Source of the DNA: Candidatus Jorgensenbacteria bacterium
GTDB taxonomy: Bacteria > Patescibacteriota > Minisyncoccia > UBA6257 > GWB1-50-10
Assembly: GCA_030648515.1 (NCBI GenBank)
Contig: JAUSHK010000001.1
Location: 9,688-73,687, forward strand
Direction of reading: 5' to 3'
Length of the DNA: 64,000 nt
The notes below the pieces were generated by a model, which saw only the letters and a program-made list of their open reading frames with translations, was not told the DNA's origin and made no database searches. The stretch's first letter is position 1, and each line of letters begins with the position of its first letter. Of the stretch, positions 40,133 through 47,891 are shown piece after piece. A program made the position numbers and the translations under genes.

Positions 40133-40819
40133 TTATCTGCCGCCGTTGTGCCTATTCCTCCACTCCGCGATTTTCTTGTGATTGCCCAAGAGCAAGACAT
40201 CTGGAACTTTCCACGCTTTTCCTCCTTTGCCAGTCTTAAAAACATCCGGTTTTGTATAGACGGGGTATGATCCTTGTATTTCTTCAAGCGATTCTTGCTT
40301 CCCTAAAACGCCCGGCGCATGGCGCGCGACGGCATCAACGACAACCATCGCCGGCAGTTCGCCTCCCGACAATACAAAATCCCCTATTGAAATTTCTTCG
40401 TCGGCGATATGTTCTGCAACACGCTCATCAACGCCTTCGTACCTGCCGCAAATCAAAATTATATTGTCATACTTCGCGAGCCGACGGGCAGCCGCACTGT
40501 CAAATTTTTTTCCGCGTGTGGAAAACAAAATCACGCGCGTTTTCGCTTTTTTGCCAAGGAGCTTTTTTATGGATTCAATGGCGCGAAAAATCGGCTCAAC
40601 TCTCAAAACCATTCCGTGTCCCCCGCCGTACGGAGAATCATCAAGCGTTCTCCGCCATCCGCCAGCCGGCGGAGCAAGCTTCTTCTTCTCCGCAAAATCG
40701 CCTAGCGCGTAGGCCGCTATTCGTATGGCCTTTTTCGCTTGTGCCTTGCCTAAAATTGACGCGTCAAAATATGAGCGGAAAGCGTCCGGGAAAATCGAAA
40801 GTATATGAAACGTAACCAT
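40133..40819 (-). CDS. trmD: tRNA (guanine37-N1)-methyltransferase TrmD
   Basis: SPOUT-fold TrmD motifs (LSIFPDAF, SPYGGGHGMVL, ICGRYEGVDERV, GDFVLSGGELPA). Start taken at MVTFHILSIFP rather than the track start at 40873. Confidence 0.85.
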   Translation of the reverse strand: MVTFHILSIFPDAFRSYFDASILGKAQAKKAIRIAAYALGDFAEKKKLAPPAGGWRRTLDDSPYGGGHGMVLRVEPIFRAIESIKKLLGKKAKTRVILFSTRGKKFDSAAARRLAKYDNIILICGRYEGVDERVAEHIADEEISIGDFVLSGGELPAMVVVDAVARHAPGVLGKQESLEEIQGSYPVYTKPDVFKTGKGGKAWKVPDVLLLGNHKKIAEWRNRHNGGR

Positions 40820-40882
40820 ACTATTTACTCTAAACAAAACCGCCCCAAGAAACAAACTGGGGCGGCTTTGCAAAATGTAAAA

Positions 40883-41182
40883 TTAGAATTCCGGTTGCGG
40901 GCGTCCGGCTCCGCGAGGACCGCGGGTTGACCCCTCCGGTTCCTCAATTTTAAGATTTATCCGCGCGTTATTCTTAACGCCGACAATTCTGAGAAGCGTT
41001 CGGATTGCCATTGCTGTCGAACCTTGCCGGCCGACAACTTGTCCCATATCTTGCGGGTTTACCTTCAAGGTAAGAAGTACTCCCATTTCATCAACCTTCC
41101 GCTCAACATTTACTTCGTCCGGATGGTCGACAATGGACTTTACAAGATACTCTAGAAATTCCTGGTCTGGGCTCATTGCCAT
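40883..41182 (-). CDS. KH-domain RNA-binding protein (YlqC/UPF0109-like)
   Basis: KH GxxG (VVGRQGSTAMAIRTL). Located between rpsP and trmD as in the conserved rpsP-KH-rimM-trmD cluster. Confidence 0.7.
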   Translation of the reverse strand: MAMSPDQEFLEYLVKSIVDHPDEVNVERKVDEMGVLLTLKVNPQDMGQVVGRQGSTAMAIRTLLRIVGVKNNARINLKIEEPEGSTRGPRGAGRPQPEF

Positions 41183-41200
41183 ATCAATCTTTGAGCAGTA

Positions 41201-41557
41201 CTACGACTGCGGTTGCTCGACCTTTGCCTCTGGCTGCGCCGTTTGTTTGACCGCTACAGTTTCGGCAGGAGCGGATGCGTCTGACTTTGCTTTTGATTTT
41301 GAGTGGACTGCGATTTTCTTTCCCCTTACGATTCCCGTCCTCACAAGGACGTTCCAAACCGTGTCGGTCGGCTTTGCGCCAACCTTGAGCCAATATGAAA
41401 CGCGCTCACGCTTAAGCTCGGTTGTGTCTGTGTGAGGATTTAACCAACCCAAATCCTCCCGCACCGTGCTCTGGAGCTTTGACCGCTTCTCGGCAACAAC
41501 AAGCCGGAACGACCCCTGGCGCTTCTTTCCTATCCGTTGAAGTTTGATGGCTAACAT
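41201..41557 (-). CDS. rpsP: 30S ribosomal protein S16
   Basis: MLAIKLQRIGKKRQGSFRLVVAEKRSK. Confidence 0.85.
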   Translation of the reverse strand: MLAIKLQRIGKKRQGSFRLVVAEKRSKLQSTVREDLGWLNPHTDTTELKRERVSYWLKVGAKPTDTVWNVLVRTGIVRGKKIAVHSKSKAKSDASAPAETVAVKQTAQPEAKVEQPQS

Positions 41558-41594
41558 AATTGGGTTTCAGTTTACAGGCCCGGAGTGCTATCTG

Positions 41595-43751
41595 TCAACT
41601 TAGTTTCAGTGACAGCACTTTTGATATGCCGTCCTCGCCCATGGTAATTCCATAAAGTATATCCGCAACTTCCATGGTGGACCGATTATGAGTAATGATT
41701 ATAAACTGCGTTTTTTGCGAAAATGATTTAACAAGTTCGGAAAACCTCCGCGCGTTATCTTCATCAAGCGCCGCGTCAATCTCGTCAAGCACGAGAAACG
41801 GCGGAGGGCTTACAGCGATTAATGAAAATAACGCCGCGAGTGATACTAAGCTTTTTTCACCGCCCGAGAGCATATCTAAATTCGTTATCTTTCGGCGCGG
41901 CAAATTCAAATCAATCTCAACACCGGCAGTAAGGTCGGCATCTGGCGCATCAATAACTGGCATCACCTCGTCATTTTCATTTAAAACAGGAGCTGGCTCC
42001 TTTTTTACGAGAGCTAGTTTTGCTTTTCCGCCGCCGAACATTAATTGGAAGTAATTATTAAATTCTTTATTAATTGTGTGGAACGCGGACTTGAATTCAT
42101 CGTGGATTTTTTCTTCAAGTTCGCGGATTACGCCGGTTAAATCTTTTGTTGCTTTTTCAAGATCCGAAAGCTCCGCAGTGAGAAATTCATGCCGCTTTTC
42201 GGTTTCGTCCGCTTCTTTCACCATTCCATCATCTATCTCGCCTATCGCGGCAAGCTCGCCGCGCAAACGCAACATTCTTCGCTCGGCATCGGCAACATCG
42301 ATTTCACCCGCGGATTTCGGCAGTTCTTCAAGCGCGGAAACCGGTTTACCTAACGCCCGCCAATCCCGCTCAACATCCCCAATCTTAAGCTGCGCCTTTT
42401 CAAGCTCAAATTGAAAATTTCTCGCCTTTTCTTCAAGCTTACGAAGCGACTCCCGCTCCTTTTCAAGCGCCTCAAAACGCGAGCGCAACTCTGCGTGCAT
42501 TGTGCGCTGGGACGTTAGTATCGCGTCTTCTTCTGCGCGAAGAGCAATGATTTCCTTATCTACGATGTGGAGCGCCGCTTTGAGTTTTTTAATTTCATTT
42601 TCACTGTCATCGCTTTTTGTTTCAATCTCGCTCGCGGGATTGAGTAAAAACTTTATTTTCTTTGCCCACGCGTGCAGCTTCTCTTTTACTTCCGCAAAAT
42701 CCTGCGCGCGAAGCGCGGCATCAATTTCACCTGAAAGCTCGGAGATAAAACTGCGATATGCCTCGGGTGGTTGCTGTGCCGTGTGCGATGCGCGCGCGGT
42801 GATTTCCGCCTGCGCCTCAAGGCGAATAAGTTTCTTTTCCGTATCAGCGCGCTCTTCAAATAGTTTCGTAAGCCCTTCACGGAGTAACGTAACGCGTTTC
42901 GCGTCAAATGCTTTTGCATCTTCTTCTTTCGCGTGCTTTTCGAGCGCGGCAACTTGTTCGTGTTTTCCGCGAAGCTCAGCGTCAAGCGCGTGAAGCGGCT
43001 TTTCAAGTTCATGAAGCTCCGAGCGAAGCGCGTGATACCGGAACCCGAAATAATTTGTCTCAAGCGCTTTGAGCTCATCCGCAATTTCCGAACGCTTGTT
43101 CCATCTGTGTTTCTGTTTTAAAAGAAGCCGCAGATGCGGAGCGATTTCTTCAATGAGCGCGCGAACCTTGTCCATGTTTGCACTGCTTGCCTCAAGCCGC
43201 CGCTCCGCCTGATTTTTCTTGATGCGATATTCGCGCAAGCCCAAAACCTCTTCAATCATTTCGCGCCGCTCCGTTGATGAGCTCTTCACGAACATATCGC
43301 TCTGTCCCTGCCCAATCATGGTGAGTCCCCTCGCGCCGAGTCGCGCGCGGGCAAGCATCGGAACCAAATCTTTAAGTTTTATTTCTGAATCGTGGAGATA
43401 AAATTCCGAAACTCCGGAACGGTCAATTTTCCGCGAAAGCTCGACTTCGGGCGCGTCAATCGGAAACGTGCCATTGCGGTTATCAAAATGTAGTGCAACG
43501 CGCGCCAAACTCACCGCCGCGCGCTTTGTCGTGCCGCCAAAAATAAGATTGCCTAGTGTATCGCCGCGGAGTTGTTTTGCTTCACGCTCGCCCAAAACCC
43601 ACCGCAAGGCGTCTATTAAATTTGATTTTCCTGAACCGTTCGGCCCAACGATGGCGACAACGCGCTCAGGAAATTCAAGGACTGTTTTTAAAGCGAACGA
43701 CTTGAATCCTTGAAGTTCTAGTCGCCGTAAAAAATTACTTGCCATTGCCAT
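41595..43751 (-). CDS. smc: SMC-family chromosome-segregation ATPase, unusually short (718 aa)
   Basis: N-terminal LQGFKSF...IVGPNGSGKSNLIDALRWVLGE. C-terminal LSGGEKSLVSLAALFS...FLVLDEIDAALDEDN...FIIITH. The coiled coil is only ~450 residues. Confidence 0.7.
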   Translation of the reverse strand: MAMASNFLRRLELQGFKSFALKTVLEFPERVVAIVGPNGSGKSNLIDALRWVLGEREAKQLRGDTLGNLIFGGTTKRAAVSLARVALHFDNRNGTFPIDAPEVELSRKIDRSGVSEFYLHDSEIKLKDLVPMLARARLGARGLTMIGQGQSDMFVKSSSTERREMIEEVLGLREYRIKKNQAERRLEASSANMDKVRALIEEIAPHLRLLLKQKHRWNKRSEIADELKALETNYFGFRYHALRSELHELEKPLHALDAELRGKHEQVAALEKHAKEEDAKAFDAKRVTLLREGLTKLFEERADTEKKLIRLEAQAEITARASHTAQQPPEAYRSFISELSGEIDAALRAQDFAEVKEKLHAWAKKIKFLLNPASEIETKSDDSENEIKKLKAALHIVDKEIIALRAEEDAILTSQRTMHAELRSRFEALEKERESLRKLEEKARNFQFELEKAQLKIGDVERDWRALGKPVSALEELPKSAGEIDVADAERRMLRLRGELAAIGEIDDGMVKEADETEKRHEFLTAELSDLEKATKDLTGVIRELEEKIHDEFKSAFHTINKEFNNYFQLMFGGGKAKLALVKKEPAPVLNENDEVMPVIDAPDADLTAGVEIDLNLPRRKITNLDMLSGGEKSLVSLAALFSLIAVSPPPFLVLDEIDAALDEDNARRFSELVKSFSQKTQFIIITHNRSTMEVADILYGITMGEDGISKVLSLKLS

Positions 43752-44442
43752 TACTATATCCCAATTGCGAAAGCGCTGCCTCAGCCGCGCGGGATTCGGC
43801 TTCCTGTTTGAATGACCCTATCCCCTCACCCGCGAGTTTGCTATCAAGATATACTCCGACCAAAAATTGTTTTTCGTGATCGGGCCCTTCTTCTTTAAGC
43901 ACGCGATATACCGGCGTAACTTTCATTTTTTCCTGCGCGATTTCCTGAAGAACGCTCTTCGGGTCGCGATAGAGTTCCTTGCTCATTACTTCATCAAGGT
44001 GCGAAAGTACGATATCTGTAATCGCCCGCTTCGTAACGCCGATACCCTGGTCAAGATATATGGCTCCAATAACCGCTTCCATGGCATTCGCCAAAATAAC
44101 ATCGCGCGCTTTCTTCGTGTCGTTTGCCTCGCCACGCGAAAGGTATAGGAATTTTTCAAGCCCGATATCCCGCGCAATGCGCGAAAGCATAAGGTAATTT
44201 ACAAGCGCCGCGCGGATACTCGTAAGCTTTCCCTCGTCATCTTTTGGAAATTTCGCGTACAAAAATTCCGTGGTAATAAGCTCGAGCACGGCATCGCCCA
44301 AAAACTCAAGCCGTTCGTTATGAGGCGACGACCACGACGGGTTTTCATTAAGGTACGATCGGTGCGTAAGCGCTTCTTTTAAAATCTGCCGATCGCGAAA
44401 TTTTGTACCGAGTATTTTCTCGAGTTCTTCAAGTTGTGCCAT
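43735..44442 (-). CDS. rnc: Ribonuclease III
   Basis: NERLEFLGDAVLEL, plus a C-terminal dsRBD. Confidence 0.9.
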   Translation of the reverse strand: MAQLEELEKILGTKFRDRQILKEALTHRSYLNENPSWSSPHNERLEFLGDAVLELITTEFLYAKFPKDDEGKLTSIRAALVNYLMLSRIARDIGLEKFLYLSRGEANDTKKARDVILANAMEAVIGAIYLDQGIGVTKRAITDIVLSHLDEVMSKELYRDPKSVLQEIAQEKMKVTPVYRVLKEEGPDHEKQFLVGVYLDSKLAGEGIGSFKQEAESRAAEAALSQLGYSNGNGK

Positions 44443-44454
44443 AAAAAATAAATA

Positions 44455-44901
44455 TTACTTCGCGGTGCCCGCTGTTTCTTCTGGTTTCACCATCTCGGCA
44501 TAGACAGTTCCTAGAACGCCATTGATAAACTTCGGCGAATTTGCGCCGCCATAGCTTTTCGCAATCTCAATCGCCTCGTTGATGGCGACCTTCGGCGGAA
44601 CTTCCTCCTTATCGGCATAGAGTAGCTCATAGAGCCCGATGCGGAGCACGTTTCTATCAATAATGGCTATCTGGTCAACGGGCCACTCAGGTGCCGCTTT
44701 TTCAATAATCGCGTCAATTTCTTTTCCATGCTCCACAACTCCTTTTACGATGCGCCACACAAAGTCCGGCTCGTCTATTCCTGGGCCGAACTCTTGTAAA
44801 TTGCGTTCAACAACCGCGGTTAAATCCATCTGGCGCTTATAAAAATCCCATTCGTAGAGGGATTGGAGAACTATTGTTCGAGCGAGGTGCCGTGTCGCCA
44901 T
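44455..44901 (-). CDS. nusB: Transcription antitermination factor NusB
   Basis: [17 protein letters not shown]... Confidence 0.8.
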   Translation of the reverse strand: MATRHLARTIVLQSLYEWDFYKRQMDLTAVVERNLQEFGPGIDEPDFVWRIVKGVVEHGKEIDAIIEKAAPEWPVDQIAIIDRNVLRIGLYELLYADKEEVPPKVAINEAIEIAKSYGGANSPKFINGVLGTVYAEMVKPEETAGTAK

Positions 44902-44907
44902 TGATTT

Positions 44908-45090
44908 CTATGATGATGTTCGCGCAACTTTCTTCGGCATCTTAACGTACACTCCGCATTGCGGACATGCGCGGTGTGAAAAAACAGGGCCCTTGCATGC
45001 CGGACAAACCGAAAGTGCCTTCGGTTTCATGGCGAGCTGCGAGCGCCTGCGGCCTACTTTTGATGTTGCGTGATGACTAGCGCGTCCCAT
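44908..45090 (-). CDS. rpmF: 50S ribosomal protein L32
   Basis: KVGRRRSQ...CPACKGPVFSHRACPQCGVY. Confidence 0.8.
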   Translation of the reverse strand: MGRASHHATSKVGRRRSQLAMKPKALSVCPACKGPVFSHRACPQCGVYVKMPKKVARTSS

Positions 45091-45093
45091 AAG

Positions 45094-45744
45094 TTACATA
45101 GTACCGAACTTCCTAATGAAGGTCAATCGGTGAATATCCGAGGGGCCGTATTTCACAAGCGCCGCGATGTGCGCCCGCGTCCCATACCCTTTATGAATAT
45201 GAAAATTATACCGCGGATACTTTTTGTGCAGACGCGCCATTCGCTTATCCCGCGTCACTTTCGCGACAATTGAGGCAAGTGAAATAGCTGGGATTTTCTC
45301 GTCGCCCTTGATGATAGTTTGTAGTTTGTAGTTGGTAGTGAGTAGTTTTGGAAACTTATTAACATAAAGTCCTCCATCTAAGAAAACTCTAGTTCCCGAA
45401 ATGGAGATTTTATGTTTTGTAATGAGTTTTTTAAACGCGCGGGTTGCCGCAAGATTCGCCGCTTGTGTGATGTTTATTTTATCAATAACTCTCGGCGAAA
45501 CACTCGCTATTGCGTATGGTATTTTCTTTTCTTTCACCCATTGAAACCACGTCTCTCTTTGCTCTGGTGATAGTTTCTTTGAATCTCTTAGGCGTATAAC
45601 ACCTTTTTTCTTTTTCTGAATACTAGGTACTTTATACTTTATACTTGATACTCGTCTCGGCAATGCAACAGCCGCGACGGTTACTGGCCCCGCAAGCGGC
45701 CCGCGCCCGACTTCATCAATGCCGATGATCCAATGCCTTGCCAT
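45094..45744 (-). CDS. rnhB: Ribonuclease HII, with two repeat-encoded in-frame insertions
   Basis: GIDEVGRGPLAGPV, DSKKLS, KGD...ASIVAKVTRD. Extra segments VSSIKYKVPSIQKKKKGV and KLLTTNYKLQT are encoded by heptad repeats. Confidence 0.85.
   Translation of the reverse strand: MARHWIIGIDEVGRGPLAGPVTVAAVALPRRVSSIKYKVPSIQKKKKGVIRLRDSKKLSPEQRETWFQWVKEKKIPYAIASVSPRVIDKINITQAANLAATRAFKKLITKHKISISGTRVFLDGGLYVNKFPKLLTTNYKLQTIIKGDEKIPAISLASIVAKVTRDKRMARLHKKYPRYNFHIHKGYGTRAHIAALVKYGPSDIHRLTFIRKFGTM
45318..45345. repeat. (TNNGTAG)x4 heptad repeat inside rnhB
   Basis: TTTGTAG TTTGTAG TTGGTAG TGAGTAG. Encodes KLLTTNYKLQ on the coding strand. Confidence 0.7.
45619..45652. repeat. (TACTTTA)-type heptad repeat inside rnhB
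   Basis: AATACTAGG TACTTTA TACTTTA TACTTGA TACT. Encodes part of the extra VSSIKYKVPSIQ segment. Confidence 0.65.
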
Positions 45745-45784
45745 TAATGTTGATTATACGGCTTAAATTTAAAAACAAAAAACT

Positions 45785-45812
45785 AAGCCCTTATGCAATT
45801 GCATAAGGGCTT
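45785..45812. terminator. Perfect palindromic hairpin terminator
   Basis: AAGCCCTTATGCAATTGCATAAGGGCTT. Confidence 0.55.
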
Positions 45813-45829
45813 ATAATTTTCGAGAATTT

Positions 45830-46351
45830 TCAAAAACCTTTAAGACGGCGACTCTCAAGCATTTTCAAGAGTGCATCGAGACGATCCAACATAATCTCCG
45901 GAATTGGACTTGGATAAGTCATGAATTTTCTGAAGGGCTGTATATAGGCACACAGTGAATCCCGCTGCGCCTTAAGCAAATCAGCCTGGCCGTCTTTCAT
46001 TGCGCTCGCTATCCCACGAAGTAATCGCAAAACAACCCGCTCATTTACTTTTCCGGCCGCGATAGTCGAATCAAGTAATGAGCAAACCACTGAGTCCGGA
46101 AACCAGAATGTCGCGTGCATGGTGTACTTCCCGGATGAAGCGTACTTCTTAGACGAATCCGCTGGCACAGCCGCGTCCAATACATAGATACTGTTGCCAT
46201 TAGTATCAAGAACAATATCCCATCTCTCTATAAGAGAAATAGTATCAATGCCCCGATTCCAAGAGTAGCGCTCATCAACCTGGTTTTCTTTGTAACCACA
46301 ACTCAAACTCAGTGCAACAAAGAGCAGAAAACAAGCCATTCTTTTTTCCAT
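45830..46351 (-). CDS. Lipoprotein, function unknown
   Basis: Signal peptide with lipobox LSLSCG. Confidence 0.5.
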   Translation of the reverse strand: MEKRMACFLLFVALSLSCGYKENQVDERYSWNRGIDTISLIERWDIVLDTNGNSIYVLDAAVPADSSKKYASSGKYTMHATFWFPDSVVCSLLDSTIAAGKVNERVVLRLLRGIASAMKDGQADLLKAQRDSLCAYIQPFRKFMTYPSPIPEIMLDRLDALLKMLESRRLKGF

Positions 46352-46462
46352 CCAAATACTCCTTCTTTTAAATGTTTTTATTATCCAACTACTATTTTAC
46401 AAATAATCTAAAAGCATCCTACACCAAACACAGAGATTTGTCAAGTCACTTTTATTCACCTC

Positions 46463-46499
46463 AAAAATAAAAAGCTCTCGCTGTTATGAACGAGAGCTC
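46463..46499 (-). terminator. Rho-independent terminator after the 73-aa gene
   Basis: GAGCTCTCGTTCATAACAGCGAGAGCTTTTTATTTTT on the minus strand. Confidence 0.6.
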
Positions 46500-46532
46500 G
46501 CACATTTTGTGCAAATTAATGGAGATTAAGAG

Positions 46533-46754
46533 TTAGATAACCTTGTTCCCTTTGTAACGCGTCACCGGCGGCCGAATGTTCTGACTCACTTTCGTTATTC
46601 CACCCCAAGGATTCTTTTTTGACTTCTTCATGCGCCCAACACCAGTTGCAAACTTAATAAAAGCGCTGAAATTACTTTGTGACGTTCCAGCAAAAATCTG
46701 ACTGTCACCTACGCCAGAAAGGTTCCCAAGAAAACGAGATATTCCTAATCCCAT
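46533..46754 (-). CDS. Gly-rich, basic small protein (73 aa) with strong expression signals
   Basis: Consensus sigma-70 promoter, AAGAGGAAAGGAG RBS and a strong terminator. No homology recognised. Confidence 0.55.
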   Translation of the reverse strand: MGLGISRFLGNLSGVGDSQIFAGTSQSNFSAFIKFATGVGRMKKSKKNPWGGITKVSQNIRPPVTRYKGNKVI

Positions 46755-46811
46755 ATAACACTCCTTTCCTCTTATTAATTAATGGCTGAAAAATGAATTT
46801 CTGCTTCCAAA

Positions 46812-46840
46812 AGTATAACTTGTACAAACACATCGGTCAA
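46812..46840 (-). promoter_or_regulatory. Sigma-70-type promoter (TTGACC, 17 nt spacer, TATACT)
   Basis: Minus strand reads catTCTTGACCgatgtgtttgtacaagtTATACTttt, ~55 nt upstream of the 73-aa ORF. Confidence 0.5.
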
Positions 46841-46851
46841 GAATGTTTACT

Positions 46852-46900
46852 CACAACCCGCGCCCGACTTCGTCAATGCCGATAATCCATTTTCTCATCT
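46852..46900 (-). pseudogene. Duplicated 5' fragment of rnhB (first 14 codons, then a stop)
   Basis: ATGAGAAAATGGATTATCGGCATTGACGAAGTCGGGCGCGGGTTGTGA encodes MRKWIIGIDEVGRGL*. About 80% DNA identity to the true rnhB start at 45700-45744. Confidence 0.6.
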
Positions 46901-46993
46901 TCTGTATTCTACTAAAAACTCTGCTTAGTGTAATGTAGTTTAAAAAATAAAACTGCCATGGGGATATGTTTCCCATGGCAGCCTATAAAATTT

Positions 46994-47719
46994 TCACTTA
47001 CAGATTTTTTGCGCAAGTTTTTGAAGAAGCTTGCGCATTGAGTCCGGAGGATTATCAAAAATTTCCTTCGTCACCCATTTAGGAATTTCTGTATCCAATA
47101 TCGCCGGCCGGACAATTTTTACCATCCGCGCCTCAATTAATTTTCGCAACTTGGAACCGGAATATGTACTTTTCCGACGCCTTACGAGCTCGGCATAGTC
47201 AGTGATTGACGGTAGCTGTTCGCGACTGAGTTTCATCATCCGCAATCCAATCTGTTTTGCCAGTATGAAACCATTGGAGTTGAGATGCGAGTCTTTCCAA
47301 CGCCTTGCGAGTTCGGCGTAGTCGGTGCACTGGGCATTAAGTTCTATCATCCGTAACCCGATCTGCTTTTCCAGTTTGGAACCTGGGCGTGAATTTTCCA
47401 GACGCCACGCAAGCTTTCTGTAATCAGCGCACTGGGCATTGAGCTCCATCATCCGTACCTCGATTGACTTTCGAAGTTGGGAATGAGTGGGTAAGTTTAA
47501 CTTACGCGCCATGAGCTCTCCATAGTCAGCGCATTGGGTATTGAGCTCAATCATCCGTACCTCGATTAATTTTCGCAGTTTGGAACTGGGATATAAACTT
47601 TTTCGATGTCTTGCGAGCTCGTCATAGTCAATCATCTCGCTAATTTCGTCTTCTTGAAAGGGAAGGTCCTTGCCTAAAAAATTGGCTGCGGCGCGTTTAA
47701 GACTTTTACTTATCTGCAT
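46994..47719 (-). CDS. Tandem-repeat protein (five ~36-aa repeats of unknown family)
   Basis: Repeat unit DY.EL.RR.K.S..GSKL.K.I..RM.ELNAQC. The repeats are also visible at DNA level across 47160-47640. Confidence 0.5.
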   Translation of the reverse strand: MQISKSLKRAAANFLGKDLPFQEDEISEMIDYDELARHRKSLYPSSKLRKLIEVRMIELNTQCADYGELMARKLNLPTHSQLRKSIEVRMMELNAQCADYRKLAWRLENSRPGSKLEKQIGLRMIELNAQCTDYAELARRWKDSHLNSNGFILAKQIGLRMMKLSREQLPSITDYAELVRRRKSTYSGSKLRKLIEARMVKIVRPAILDTEIPKWVTKEIFDNPPDSMRKLLQKLAQKICK

Positions 47720-47891
47720 TTTCCATACTCCTTTTGTTTAGATTGCGTACAATCTGAATTAAATAAAACTAGGTGCATAATAGCACGCGACTATGTTTAT
47801 GTCAAATATCTACAACATCGAAATTGACTCATAGAAAAAACTTTGAGAATGAACTACAATGCTGACTGAAATAACCAATTACTAATTTCTA

